This document shows positions 18,400-27,765 of a DNA stretch of 64,000 bases, one piece after another; position 1 is the stretch's first letter; each line of letters opens with the position of its first letter. The notes under the pieces were generated by a model. That model did no database searches. It saw only the letters and a list, made by a program, of their open reading frames with translations, and was not told where the DNA came from. Source of the DNA: a bacterium (GTDB lineage: Bacteria > RBG-13-61-14 > DATKZS01); assembly GCA_963674965.2 (NCBI GenBank), contig CAXXFL010000002.1, forward strand, positions 608,001 to 672,000, written 5' to 3'. The translations under genes and the position numbers were made by a program.

Positions 18400-19509
18400 T
18401 TACTCGGTGAAGATGATTTCATTGAAGGCCGTGCCCTTGACCTTGATGGTTTCTCCATTGGCCGTCAACTCGACCTCGACAGGCTCGACCACGCGGAAGT
18501 ACCAGGGCTCGGCGATGAAGGTGTTGATGGCGACCTTGGCCGCCTTGCCCCACCACTTCTGGTCCAGCTTGGCCAGCACGTCGAACTTCTCGGTGGGATT
18601 ACTCGTGTCCACCATGGCCCTGGCCGAGCAGCCGTCGCCGGACAGCGCGTAGGTCACCTTGCCCGGATAGGGCTTGCCGCTGGTCTGGTCGGTCTTGACT
18701 TCCTCCTCCTCGACCTTGACGTCGGTAAAGGTGCAGATCACCTCGTCGTCGTTGGCCACCAGTCCGAAGCTGAAGTCCTTGTCGAACTTGTCCGGCGTGG
18801 TGAAGCTCGAGATAAGCAGGGTGTGAGTGTCCGAGCGGAACTTCATGTTGTGCCACACCTTCTGGAAGTTGGCCGGGTTGGTCACGGTCAGGCTGTGGTC
18901 GATATATCCCCAGCCCGAGACTGGTACTTCCTTGCCCTCGACCGTGAACTTCCCCGTCACCTCGGGCCTGGGGGCCGGGTAGTTGATGTACAGGTAGTCG
19001 CCCTCCGAGCCGAACGCGGCCTTGCCGTTGCCCAGGACCATGCCCGGGACCCGGTTCTTGTACTTGAGCTCCATGCCCAGGCCGTCGGCCTCGAGTTTAA
19101 GCTCGTAGCCGTCCGCCGTCTGTCTGAAGTAATTGTCCTTCAGGGTAAGGTCGAACTTGTCCTTCTTCATGACCAGGTCCTCGGGAGCGAAGTCAACGTC
19201 GCGCACGATCCGCTTTCGCTCCGGCGTGACCACGGTAAAGCTCACGGCCGGCGTGTGCTTCTTGACGCCCGTGTTCGAGATCAGGATGTTGACGTACCCG
19301 TAATGGCCGCCCTCGGTGATGGCGATGAGGAAGTAGTTCTCGTTGTAGAAGAAATCCTCCGTGGGGTGGAGGTTCTGGTCGGCCATGGTCAGGGCGTTCA
19401 CTTTGCCGGGCGAGCCGTCGTCCTCCAGGAAAAGTTTGACCGGCTCGGCGCCGAAAACCGACGCGGCCCAGACAATAGCGAGAGCCAATAGGGCGTAACG
19501 TTTTTTCAC
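18400..19509 (-). CDS. Secreted AttH/lipocalin-like beta protein
   Basis: Signal peptide, YNENYF and GWGYIDH motifs. GTG start with GGAGG RBS. Confidence 0.6.
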   Translation of the reverse strand: MKKRYALLALAIVWAASVFGAEPVKLFLEDDGSPGKVNALTMADQNLHPTEDFFYNENYFLIAITEGGHYGYVNILISNTGVKKHTPAVSFTVVTPERKRIVRDVDFAPEDLVMKKDKFDLTLKDNYFRQTADGYELKLEADGLGMELKYKNRVPGMVLGNGKAAFGSEGDYLYINYPAPRPEVTGKFTVEGKEVPVSGWGYIDHSLTVTNPANFQKVWHNMKFRSDTHTLLISSFTTPDKFDKDFSFGLVANDDEVICTFTDVKVEEEEVKTDQTSGKPYPGKVTYALSGDGCSARAMVDTSNPTEKFDVLAKLDQKWWGKAAKVAINTFIAEPWYFRVVEPVEVELTANGETIKVKGTAFNEIIFTE

Positions 19510-19785
19510 AACCTGTCCTCCCTTGGTTTGGTGCTTGGTCCCGGAGGGCCCCAGGCGGAGCCGGCCCCGGATGCCAAGAGTATATGGCCTTGCCAGGGAA
19601 ACGTCAAAGCCCCTGAATTTATTATTATACTCGACTGTCAGGAAATGAGCGGCGGCGATATTTCAACCTGGAAAAAAATTTCGCGCTCTAAAATGCCTTC
19701 CGCGTTTAAGGGATTATTTTTTATTGCGAAAGATACTGAAATTCAAGGCTTATTAAAAATATTCGCCAACTTTGAAAAATTTTAC

Positions 19786-19813
19786 TAAAGTTTTTTCCCC
19801 TTCGAGCCGATAA
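19786..19813 (+). promoter_or_regulatory. Sigma28 (FliA)-type promoter
   Basis: TAAAGTTT (19786-19793)-12 bp-GCCGATAA (19806-19813), 50 nt upstream of the ATG at 19864. Confidence 0.75.
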
Positions 19814-19863
19814 GTATACCAGCGGAGCGAGCGCCCATTTGGCGCTCCCTTTGGTGAACGGAT

Positions 19864-20658
19864 ATGAGAGTTGGCGGATATGGCAATAATATCCAGTACT
19901 ACCCGGGCATGAAAACGGGCGGGGCACGAGGGATCGTCCCGGGCGACGAAACCGGGGACGAGGCCCCAAAACCCGCGGGGCTGCCCGACAAGGACGCCGT
20001 CTCGGATGGGATGTTCCAATTACCCGAAAAAGCAAAGGAATCTTCATCGGGGCGGATGAATCCCCAGGACCTTTCCAGGGAAGAGAAGGAGACGGTCGAG
20101 AAACTCAGGGCGCGGGACCGGGAAGTTCGCGCTCACGAGCAGGCCCACCTCGCGGCCGGCGGTCCCTATACGGGGGGCGTCCAATACGAGTTTGCCGCGG
20201 GGCCGGACGGGTCCCGATACGCGGTGGGCGGTGAAGTCAAGATCGACGTCTCCGAGGTACCGGACGATCCCCAGGCCACCATCCAGAAAGCCCAGGTAAT
20301 AAGGAGGGCCGCCCTGGCCCCGGCCAACCCCTCGCCGGCCGACCGCAAAGTCGCCTCTCAGGCCTCCCGCATGGAAAGGCGGGCCCGGGCCGAGCTGGCC
20401 GAGGAAAAGGCCGAAGAGGCCGAGGAAACGCGGGAAGAATCGGCCGGGAAGACCAACGTGTCCGGCGAGGAAGCCGCCGCCGAGAAGCCCAAGGCCCCTG
20501 AAATCGACGCTTTGTCCCCCGCGCCTTCACCCCCCGGCGGCGTGGCGACCCTCGAGTACTCCTATTCATCCCACCTGAGGAGGGTCAGCACCTCCGGCGC
20601 CAATCATCTCCACTTTCTGCCCGACCCCAGGCAACTGCATTTCGATATCTATGTTTAA
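19864..20658 (+). CDS. SprA-related family protein
   Basis: RDREVRAHEQAH, GPDGSRYAVGGEVKID and AALAPANPSPADRKVA signature motifs. Confidence 0.9.
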   Translation: MRVGGYGNNIQYYPGMKTGGARGIVPGDETGDEAPKPAGLPDKDAVSDGMFQLPEKAKESSSGRMNPQDLSREEKETVEKLRARDREVRAHEQAHLAAGGPYTGGVQYEFAAGPDGSRYAVGGEVKIDVSEVPDDPQATIQKAQVIRRAALAPANPSPADRKVASQASRMERRARAELAEEKAEEAEETREESAGKTNVSGEEAAAEKPKAPEIDALSPAPSPPGGVATLEYSYSSHLRRVSTSGANHLHFLPDPRQLHFDIYV

Positions 20659-20814
20659 CGCCGCCAAACGCGAGAGCCCCGGGGACCTTATGGGCTTCCG
20701 TGGTCCGGGACGTTAGCCGTTCCGCGGCGTGCCTATCTTTGAACAATCCCGCGACCGTAAAAAGGATAGTTAAGAGCCTCTTGCAAAATTCCCGCTTTGG
20801 AGTGCGGCGGCTTG

Positions 20815-22262
20815 TGTACAGACCGGAGACATGCTTCACAAGTGTTCGGGCACATAGGTAACATATTTCCTCGCTTGCTCGCGCTCCTGCTATTGACCTA
20901 TTTTTCCTCGACCTAAGTTTATCTATGCATCGATCACGTGGCCAGTCAAGGGCGGCGCAGCCGTCCCGCAGGGATTTACCCTTGACGGGCCTCGTGGAGA
21001 TGCTATCGTCCTCATGGTCGAGAAAACCTTTTATCACGTTTGCCTCCAGCTATGGTCTCGCAGATCGACGACCATGATCCGTTGGCGGCAGTAATAAACC
21101 TCGATCACGCCGTCCACTTGTGTATTTCGCAAGCCGACCTTTTCACCAACGAAGGCCCGCCCCACCGGATAAAACTCGCCTTTGATTCTAACCGCCCCGC
21201 CCGGGTTCACCTTGCAAGTCGGCCAATCATCCCGATACCAGACTTCGGGCAGAGTCTCGGGATAGGCAAAGGGGCTCATCGCGTAACGGCTGGCCGGCGT
21301 GTTCATGTCCAGGGCCTCGTGGGGACGTTCATGGTTATAGCAGTCGCGAAAACGGTCGAAGGCTTTCTGACAGTCGTTCAGGGCGCCGAAGTTGCGTCCC
21401 CTTATCGCCTCCTCCTTAAGGGTCCGGTTGAACCGCTCGTTCTTGCCCTGGGTCTGGGGATGAAAGGGACGGCCGTGGCTGATGCCGACGCCGAGCCTGA
21501 TCAGCCAGGCGCTCATGTAGTTGTAACGCGAGTTCGGCGCGCAGAAGCTCGATCCGTTGTCGGTAAGTATGCGGCTGGGCAGGCCGTAGCGCATGAAGAC
21601 CGGCGCCAGGCTTGCCCGCACGGTGTCCGCCCGTTCGTTGGAGCAGGCGGTGACCGTCAACGCGAACCTGGAGTGGTCGTCCACCACGGTGAGAGGGTGA
21701 CAGGAACCGGCCGCCGTCGGAAAATGTCCCTTGAAATCCATCTGCCACAACTGGTTGGGAGCCTCTCGTTCGAAACGCTTCATGGGACCGCGAGCCTTGC
21801 GCTGGGCGTCCCGCAGCCTGCCGTTGCGGTCGAGGATCGCCGTGATCGTGCTCGGCCTTGGCACTTCGTCGTGACCAAGATCGATCAGCCGCCGCTCGAT
21901 TTTGCGCCCTCCCCAGGTCGGATGCTCGTCGCGAACCGAAAGCACCAACTGCTCGACCTCCGGGCAAACACGCTGGGGAGATCGCCTGGGACGGCGGGAC
22001 CTGTCACATGCCCAGTCCTCTTCACCGCTTTGCCCACGGCTGATCCACTTGTAGCCGGTGCGGCGACTGATACCGAATCGACGGCATAACTCGCTTATGT
22101 TGGAACCTGGCTGCATCGCTAAATAAACAAAATCCTTCCTCTGAGACACTTCGGTAACCTCATTCCATGGCATCTTTCTTCTCCTGTATTGACATACAGA
22201 AGAATGTACCAACTGTTACCCATGTCTCCGAACACCTGTTACCCATGTCTCCGGTCTGTACA
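20815..22262 (-). mobile_element. IS481-family insertion sequence
   Basis: TGT...ACA ends with perfect IR TGTACAGACCGGAGACATG, repeated TGTTACCCATGTCTCCG motifs near one end, and flanks CTTG/CTCG. Confidence 0.92.
21034..22173 (-). CDS. IS481-family DDE transposase
   Basis: MPWNEV start, WQMDFKG, VVDDHSR, TDNGS and HPQTQGKNERFNRT. Confidence 0.95.
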   Translation of the reverse strand: MPWNEVTEVSQRKDFVYLAMQPGSNISELCRRFGISRRTGYKWISRGQSGEEDWACDRSRRPRRSPQRVCPEVEQLVLSVRDEHPTWGGRKIERRLIDLGHDEVPRPSTITAILDRNGRLRDAQRKARGPMKRFEREAPNQLWQMDFKGHFPTAAGSCHPLTVVDDHSRFALTVTACSNERADTVRASLAPVFMRYGLPSRILTDNGSSFCAPNSRYNYMSAWLIRLGVGISHGRPFHPQTQGKNERFNRTLKEEAIRGRNFGALNDCQKAFDRFRDCYNHERPHEALDMNTPASRYAMSPFAYPETLPEVWYRDDWPTCKVNPGGAVRIKGEFYPVGRAFVGEKVGLRNTQVDGVIEVYYCRQRIMVVDLRDHSWRQT

Positions 22263-22575
22263 CTCGACGCCGCTTTTCTTCCGAGCGGCTTGACGCGAGG
22301 CAAGCAGGTGTATTAATAGGCCTTGTCAAGCCAAGGCCATCGAAAGCGGTCTCAAGCGACCGCACTCCAAAGCGGCTATGCCGCAAAGAAAAGTACTTTT
22401 GCAAGAAGCTCTTAAGTGTATACATAACTTTGCCGCGGAGAGGGACGCGCAATCCCCAGCATACAAGCTAAGACATGCCATTATTCTTTTCATCTTGATT
22501 TTCTCTTATCATTATTGATAGATGCATAAGTAATGCGGCGGTTTAGGGCAAGAACGGCGTATTTCTGATCTGTGG

Positions 22576-23040
22576 ATGCATGCTCTGAGGCTTGACCTCG
22601 CGACTATGGCCACATGCCGGCACATCCGCTTTGGGGATGCTTACATTATATTGAATCAATTTTCCACCCTGGGCAAGGTGGTGGTCGATCCCATGATAAG
22701 CCATATAGACGAGGGCGTCTGCATAGGATGCCAGGCCTGTATAGGCCTTTGCCACTACGGGGCCATAAAGTTCGACGAGCTGAGGAAGATAAGCGTTATC
22801 AACGAGGCCGTATGCAGGGGATGTGGAAGCTGCCCCGGGGACAAATACATGAACTGGGCCGACAAGCACGAGTTTTTCAAGATTCCCGGCGACACCCTCA
22901 TGTTTCATATGACGCGCATGCTGCACATGAGCGCCTTGTGCGTCGGCTGCGGCCAGTGCTCGAGCGCGTGCCCTCCCAGCCGTCTGGACTTCTCGATGAA
23001 GGGATTAGGCGGTGGATTATGGTTTCCCGCGCCGTGTTGA
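22576..23040 (+). pseudogene. Chimeric remnant: HdrA-like C-terminal ferredoxin fragment joined to a fragment of another 4Fe-4S protein
   Basis: CIGCQACIGLC...CRGCGSC is truncated before the next Cys, then FHMTRMLHMSALCVGCGQCSSACP follows. Both flanks look non-homologous. Confidence 0.6.
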
Positions 23041-23104
23041 AGATTTTTCCCGGTTGTGATAACCAAATGTAAGGCGATCCAACACTATTTACAAGGGACG
23101 GAGC

Positions 23105-23998
23105 ATGAATCGTAATACAATGGGAAAAATCATCGTATCGCTTTTGCTTTTACTTTTTTCGCCGGCCATGGCGACCCTCTCGCTGGCCGAGGATGGGGAA
23201 GGGGAGGGCGGGGGCGTCACCGTGCGGGTGCGCACCGTGCCGCCGGGGGCGACGGTCAAGGTGGACGGCGTGGAAACCGAGCACCTTACGCCCGTCGAGT
23301 TCGAGGTCGAGCCCGGAGCGCGCGAGGTGGTCATATCGCTTGAGGGTTACGACGAGGTCACCCGCGTGATCGAGGCCCGTCCCGGCGAGGTGAACGACGT
23401 CAGGGCCACCTTGCACCCGACGCCCGAGCACGCGGCCGAGGATAAAAAGGCAACCTTCGAGGGCGGGTACGCCATGATCGGAATGAACCACCTGGACCTT
23501 GTTACCTCGAGCGTCATGCTCGAGAAGGAGGGGACCGAGCTGCTCTTCCGAGACGTGGCCGAGCGCGACTCGGGCCTGCTCATCATGTTACGTTACGTAA
23601 GACCGCTGGATGACAACGTCTTTTTGCTGGTCGACGCCGGCTACCAGGACGTGAGGTTTAACCTGGCCAACCCCGAGTTCCCCGAGCCGGTGGGAGAGGG
23701 CCCGGACATTGACGTTTTTTTAATGAGGGGAACGCTGGACTTCTCCCTCGGCGTCGGCGTCGGCGACAACCTCATGGCCTACCTGGGGGCGGGAGGTCAC
23801 TACTCGACCCTGTACGACGAGGATGAGACGGGCCTGTTCCGAGGAAACAACCTCAAGTCTTTCCAGGGTTACACCCTAAAGGGAGGCGGTTTCTGGGACA
23901 CGAGATACCACGTCATGTTGGGCGCGGAATACCAGTATCACTGGTCCTACGAGATGGAGGACTTTTCCCTGGCCTGGTACCTGGGATATCACTTCTGA
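23105..23998 (+). CDS. PEGA-domain protein with C-terminal beta-barrel
   Basis: Signal peptide, TVPPGATVKVDG...LTP...LEGY, and a terminal aromatic residue (LGYHF). Confidence 0.8.
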   Translation: MNRNTMGKIIVSLLLLLFSPAMATLSLAEDGEGEGGGVTVRVRTVPPGATVKVDGVETEHLTPVEFEVEPGAREVVISLEGYDEVTRVIEARPGEVNDVRATLHPTPEHAAEDKKATFEGGYAMIGMNHLDLVTSSVMLEKEGTELLFRDVAERDSGLLIMLRYVRPLDDNVFLLVDAGYQDVRFNLANPEFPEPVGEGPDIDVFLMRGTLDFSLGVGVGDNLMAYLGAGGHYSTLYDEDETGLFRGNNLKSFQGYTLKGGGFWDTRYHVMLGAEYQYHWSYEMEDFSLAWYLGYHF

Positions 23999-24208
23999 TA
24001 AAGTCCCTTTTATACTCTCCTTGTCGCCGGCGAAACCGTCCGTATATTTGGATGGGGCGACAATCTTTATGAGTTGAACAATACCTCATCCTACCCTTCA
24101 CCGGGAAATTGTCTCGCCTTTTTTCCCTGAAAGGCCTTTACTATGTTAATATTCACTTGTCCGCGAGGTGAGTTGTAAAGAATAACATTCCTTCCAGGGG
24201 GGCATACA

Positions 24209-26179
24209 ATGAACGGCGACGATACTTCGCGTCTTTTGAGTGAGCTTTTAGCCTCGGTAAAAAGTCTCGAGGCAAGGGTCGCGGCCCTGGAGCGGGCCAT
24301 GCCGGCGGATATAGGGCCCGCCGAGTCTCCGCCGCCTCTGCCCGTTTCGGTGACCGCGTCTCCTCCCAGGGAAACGCCCGCGGCGGTCTCAAGCGAAGCC
24401 GTACCAGCCCCTGCGGTTCAGGCGGACTCTCCGCCCGCTCCCGTGCCCGGCGCCCAGGTCAACGTTCCTTATCCTCCTCCTCCCGCCGCCGCCCCCGCGC
24501 CTCCCAAGGCGGGGATGGAGGGCAGGGTGGGAGTGCTTCTTTCCCGGATCGGGGCCGTGCTGGTTTTTCTGGGAGTGGCTTTCTTCCTCAAGATCGCCAT
24601 GGACCATATCGGAGACGTGGGCAAAGTGGCGATAGGTATCGTCTCGGGCATGACGCTTCTCGGCGGCGGAGAGCTGGCCCAGAGGAAATCTTACAACGCC
24701 TTTGCCCGGGCGTTGACCGGAGGCGGGTTGGCCGTTCTGTACCTCTCGGTCTTCGCCGCTTTCTCCTTTTTCGATCTTATCGGACAGGCGCCGGCCTTCG
24801 CCATTATGGCCCTCATCACGGCGGCGGGCGTGACGCTTTCCGTCCGCTACAACTCGCAGGTGATCGTGGTGCTGGCCATGATCGGCGGTTACCTTACGCC
24901 TGTTTTATTGTCCACGCACAGGGACGCCCAGGTCGCGCTCATGTCCTATATCATTATCCTCGACGTCGGTCTCCTGGGCCTGGCCTATTGGCGGCGGTGG
25001 AGGGTGGTGGCGCTCCTTTGTTTCCTGGCCACCTGGGGAATTCAACTGGGATGGATGCTCGCGTTTTTCTCGACCCATAAGTTCGCCCCGACCTTTTTCT
25101 TCGCCACCGTCTTCTTCCTTATATTCGCCGCGATCCACGTTCTCCATTCCCTTATCAACCGGATCAAGGCCGGCCCCGAGGACCTGGTGCTGGTCACGCT
25201 GAACGCGGCGGCATACTTCTTTTTTGGTTACGGCCTTTTATCGGACCTGGGTTATGAAAAGGCCCTGGGAGGATTCTCCCTGGCCCTTGCCCTCGTGTAC
25301 CTTCTCCAGGTCCGCCTGTCCATGCGGCTAAACCCGGAGGACTCGAACCTTCACCGCTTTATGGTCGGCCTATGTGTCGCCTTTCTGACCGTGGCCATAC
25401 CGCTTCAGCTCGAGTACGAGAGCGTGACCATCGCCTGGGCGGCCGAGGCCCTGGCCCTTACCGCCTTCGGTCTCTGGTCGAAGAACCAGTTCATACGGTA
25501 CCTTGGCGTCATCGTTCTCGCGGCCGCGGTGGGCCATCTGTTCTCCATGGACACCGAGCTGTTCCACGACAAGGCCATCCACCAGGGCAAGTTCGGACCC
25601 ATACTGTTCGCCGTAATCGTCACCTATGGCTCGACCCTGGCCGCCCTGCAAGGGACCCTGTTCTGTTACAAGAAACTGGGCGACCCCGCCGAGACGCCCA
25701 ACTGGCTGAAACCCCTTCTGCACCTGGCCAGCTCGGTGGTGCTTTTAGTCGGCATTATGATCGCCAACCATTACATGTTCGAGACGGACGCGAACCCGGA
25801 CTTCTTCTATGGGAGCTCGAGAAGGGCCGAGTCTTTAAGCGTTTCGCTCATTCTCGGCCTTTACGCCTCGGCCATGATTTTCCTGGGCATCCTTTACCGG
25901 TTCAAATGGCTCAGGTACTTCGGGCTGGGAATTCTGGCCATTGCCCTGTTCAAGGTTGTTTTTGTCGATATGGCCAGGCTGGCCCTGACCCTTCGCGTGG
26001 CGTCCTTTTTGGTCCTGGGCATACTGCTTATCGGGCTTTCCTTCCTCTACCAGAAATACAAGGACAGGATCGAGGGTATAGCCTTCGCGGAGGAGGAAAC
26101 GTCTTCCCAGGCGCCTGCGTCCGAGGCCTTGCCTCCACAACCCGAGGATAAAGTCGAGGAGAATGGAAATGAAGATTGA
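24209..26179 (+). CDS. DUF2339-type polytopic membrane protein
   Basis: Pro-rich N-terminus, RIGAVLVFLGVAFFLK, GGYLTPVLLST, and RVASFLVLGILLIGLSFLYQK. Confidence 0.85.
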   Translation: MNGDDTSRLLSELLASVKSLEARVAALERAMPADIGPAESPPPLPVSVTASPPRETPAAVSSEAVPAPAVQADSPPAPVPGAQVNVPYPPPPAAAPAPPKAGMEGRVGVLLSRIGAVLVFLGVAFFLKIAMDHIGDVGKVAIGIVSGMTLLGGGELAQRKSYNAFARALTGGGLAVLYLSVFAAFSFFDLIGQAPAFAIMALITAAGVTLSVRYNSQVIVVLAMIGGYLTPVLLSTHRDAQVALMSYIIILDVGLLGLAYWRRWRVVALLCFLATWGIQLGWMLAFFSTHKFAPTFFFATVFFLIFAAIHVLHSLINRIKAGPEDLVLVTLNAAAYFFFGYGLLSDLGYEKALGGFSLALALVYLLQVRLSMRLNPEDSNLHRFMVGLCVAFLTVAIPLQLEYESVTIAWAAEALALTAFGLWSKNQFIRYLGVIVLAAAVGHLFSMDTELFHDKAIHQGKFGPILFAVIVTYGSTLAALQGTLFCYKKLGDPAETPNWLKPLLHLASSVVLLVGIMIANHYMFETDANPDFFYGSSRRAESLSVSLILGLYASAMIFLGILYRFKWLRYFGLGILAIALFKVVFVDMARLALTLRVASFLVLGILLIGLSFLYQKYKDRIEGIAFAEEETSSQAPASEALPPQPEDKVEENGNED

Positions 26180-27731
26180 GTGGATCGGCCGGTCGGCCGC
26201 GGCAACGGCGCTTCTCATGGCTATCGCCATCTTACTGCCCCGTCCGGCGGGGGCGGACTTCGATCCGAAGGACTGGCGTTTTTATAAAGAGGCGCTTCCG
26301 TCGCCGCCCGGTCCTGACGGCTTCGCGGCCGCGGCCCTTGACGGCGAGGTTTACGAAGGGTCAAGGGGGGACTTCGCCGACCTTCGCCTGATAAGCGAGT
26401 CGGGCGAGGAAATCCCCTACGTGCTGGTGACCTACTCGACCGAGGTCAAGCGGACCGCGCTTCAACCGGAGATACTGAACGTGGCGCGGACCGGCGAGGG
26501 GCAGGAGTTCACGGCCGACCTTGGCGAGTCGGGCAAGCGTCACAACCGGATAGACCTCGTCCTGGGAGGGATCAACTTCAAAAGACCGGTCACGGTCCTG
26601 GGCTCGGACGACGCCAAGGACTGGAAAACCCTGCGGGAGGGGGCGTACATCTTCGACTTCACCGGCGACGTCCGCGCCCGGAACACGGCCGTCAATTATC
26701 CGGAGTGCACCTTCCGCTTTCTCAAAATCGAGATAGGCCTGGAGGACGGACCGCCCCTGGACGTGGAGGGGGCCACCCAGTATTTCATCGAGGAGGATAA
26801 AAGCGTCTATGACAAGTTCACGCCAAGGCCGACCTGGAAAAGAACGGACTCGAGACGCAAGGCGGCCGAGACGCGCTACGAGTTCGAGGTGGACGGCCTT
26901 CCGATAAAGAGGATAAACCTCGAAGTGGCGGACGCCGAGTTCATCCGCGACGTCAAGGCCTACTTGATAGACCAGTACGAGCCGGCGTCAAGATACGATC
27001 TGGTGGACCTTGAAAGCGGAGGCACGGCCCTGGCCGAGCCTGACGGCGACCGGATCGGCGGCAAGCTAAGCTCGATCGAGGTCCTTATGTGGCGAAGGAT
27101 ATTATTGGTTGGAGGGGCCGGAGAAGAGGAACTTGTTAAGACGCTGAAGAAGGCGGGGACCGGAGGAGATGAGGCCAGGTCTCTCGCTCGAGACTTTCTG
27201 AGACGGAACTGGGAGGCTTGTCTTCTGGACGGGAGGGAAGGACAGGGGACCACCCTGGGGCAGGGCGCCATATACCGTTATTTTTTCAGGACCTTCAAGT
27301 CCGAGGACCTGACCATAATGACCAGCGAGAGGCCGACGGGGCATTTCTTTATCCGCGTGGTGAACCACGACGACAAGCCCCTCGAGGTGACCGGGGTCGA
27401 GGCCGAGGTGCTCACTCGAGCCCTCGTCTTCCGGCCCCCGGAGAAGGGTAAGCTGAGGGTTTTTTTCGGCGCGCCCGAGGCCGATAAGGCCACCTACGAC
27501 CTGGAGCGGCTATACTCGAGGGTCAGGGAGAAGCGGCCCGCCTTGGGAAAACTGGGACCGAGGCTGGATAATCCGTCATTTATCGCCAAGGCGAAAAAAC
27601 CCGAGCCGGCGCCGCCGAGGGATTACAGGCTCCTCATCTGGCTGGCCCTTGTCCCGGCGGTGTTGTTCGTGGGGTGGCTGGTTTTCAAATCCATGAAGGA
27701 CATTAACGCGGGTTCGGGAGAGGAAAGATAG
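26163..27731 (+). CDS. DUF3999-like exported protein with C-terminal TM
   Basis: DLRLISESGEEIPY and ATYDL motifs; overlaps the DUF2339 gene, its usual partner. Confidence 0.75.
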   Translation: MEMKIEWIGRSAAATALLMAIAILLPRPAGADFDPKDWRFYKEALPSPPGPDGFAAAALDGEVYEGSRGDFADLRLISESGEEIPYVLVTYSTEVKRTALQPEILNVARTGEGQEFTADLGESGKRHNRIDLVLGGINFKRPVTVLGSDDAKDWKTLREGAYIFDFTGDVRARNTAVNYPECTFRFLKIEIGLEDGPPLDVEGATQYFIEEDKSVYDKFTPRPTWKRTDSRRKAAETRYEFEVDGLPIKRINLEVADAEFIRDVKAYLIDQYEPASRYDLVDLESGGTALAEPDGDRIGGKLSSIEVLMWRRILLVGGAGEEELVKTLKKAGTGGDEARSLARDFLRRNWEACLLDGREGQGTTLGQGAIYRYFFRTFKSEDLTIMTSERPTGHFFIRVVNHDDKPLEVTGVEAEVLTRALVFRPPEKGKLRVFFGAPEADKATYDLERLYSRVREKRPALGKLGPRLDNPSFIAKAKKPEPAPPRDYRLLIWLALVPAVLFVGWLVFKSMKDINAGSGEER

Positions 27732-27765
27732 AAGTCGAGCCGGGATAGTATTTCGGGAGGTTTTT

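Larger units (their letters stand above)
20774..22411 (-). mobile_element. MITE copy 3, interrupted by IS481
   Basis: Same TIRs as copies 1 and 2, with a TTAA direct repeat on both flanks. The two halves are 20774-20814 and 22263-22411. Confidence 0.9.
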
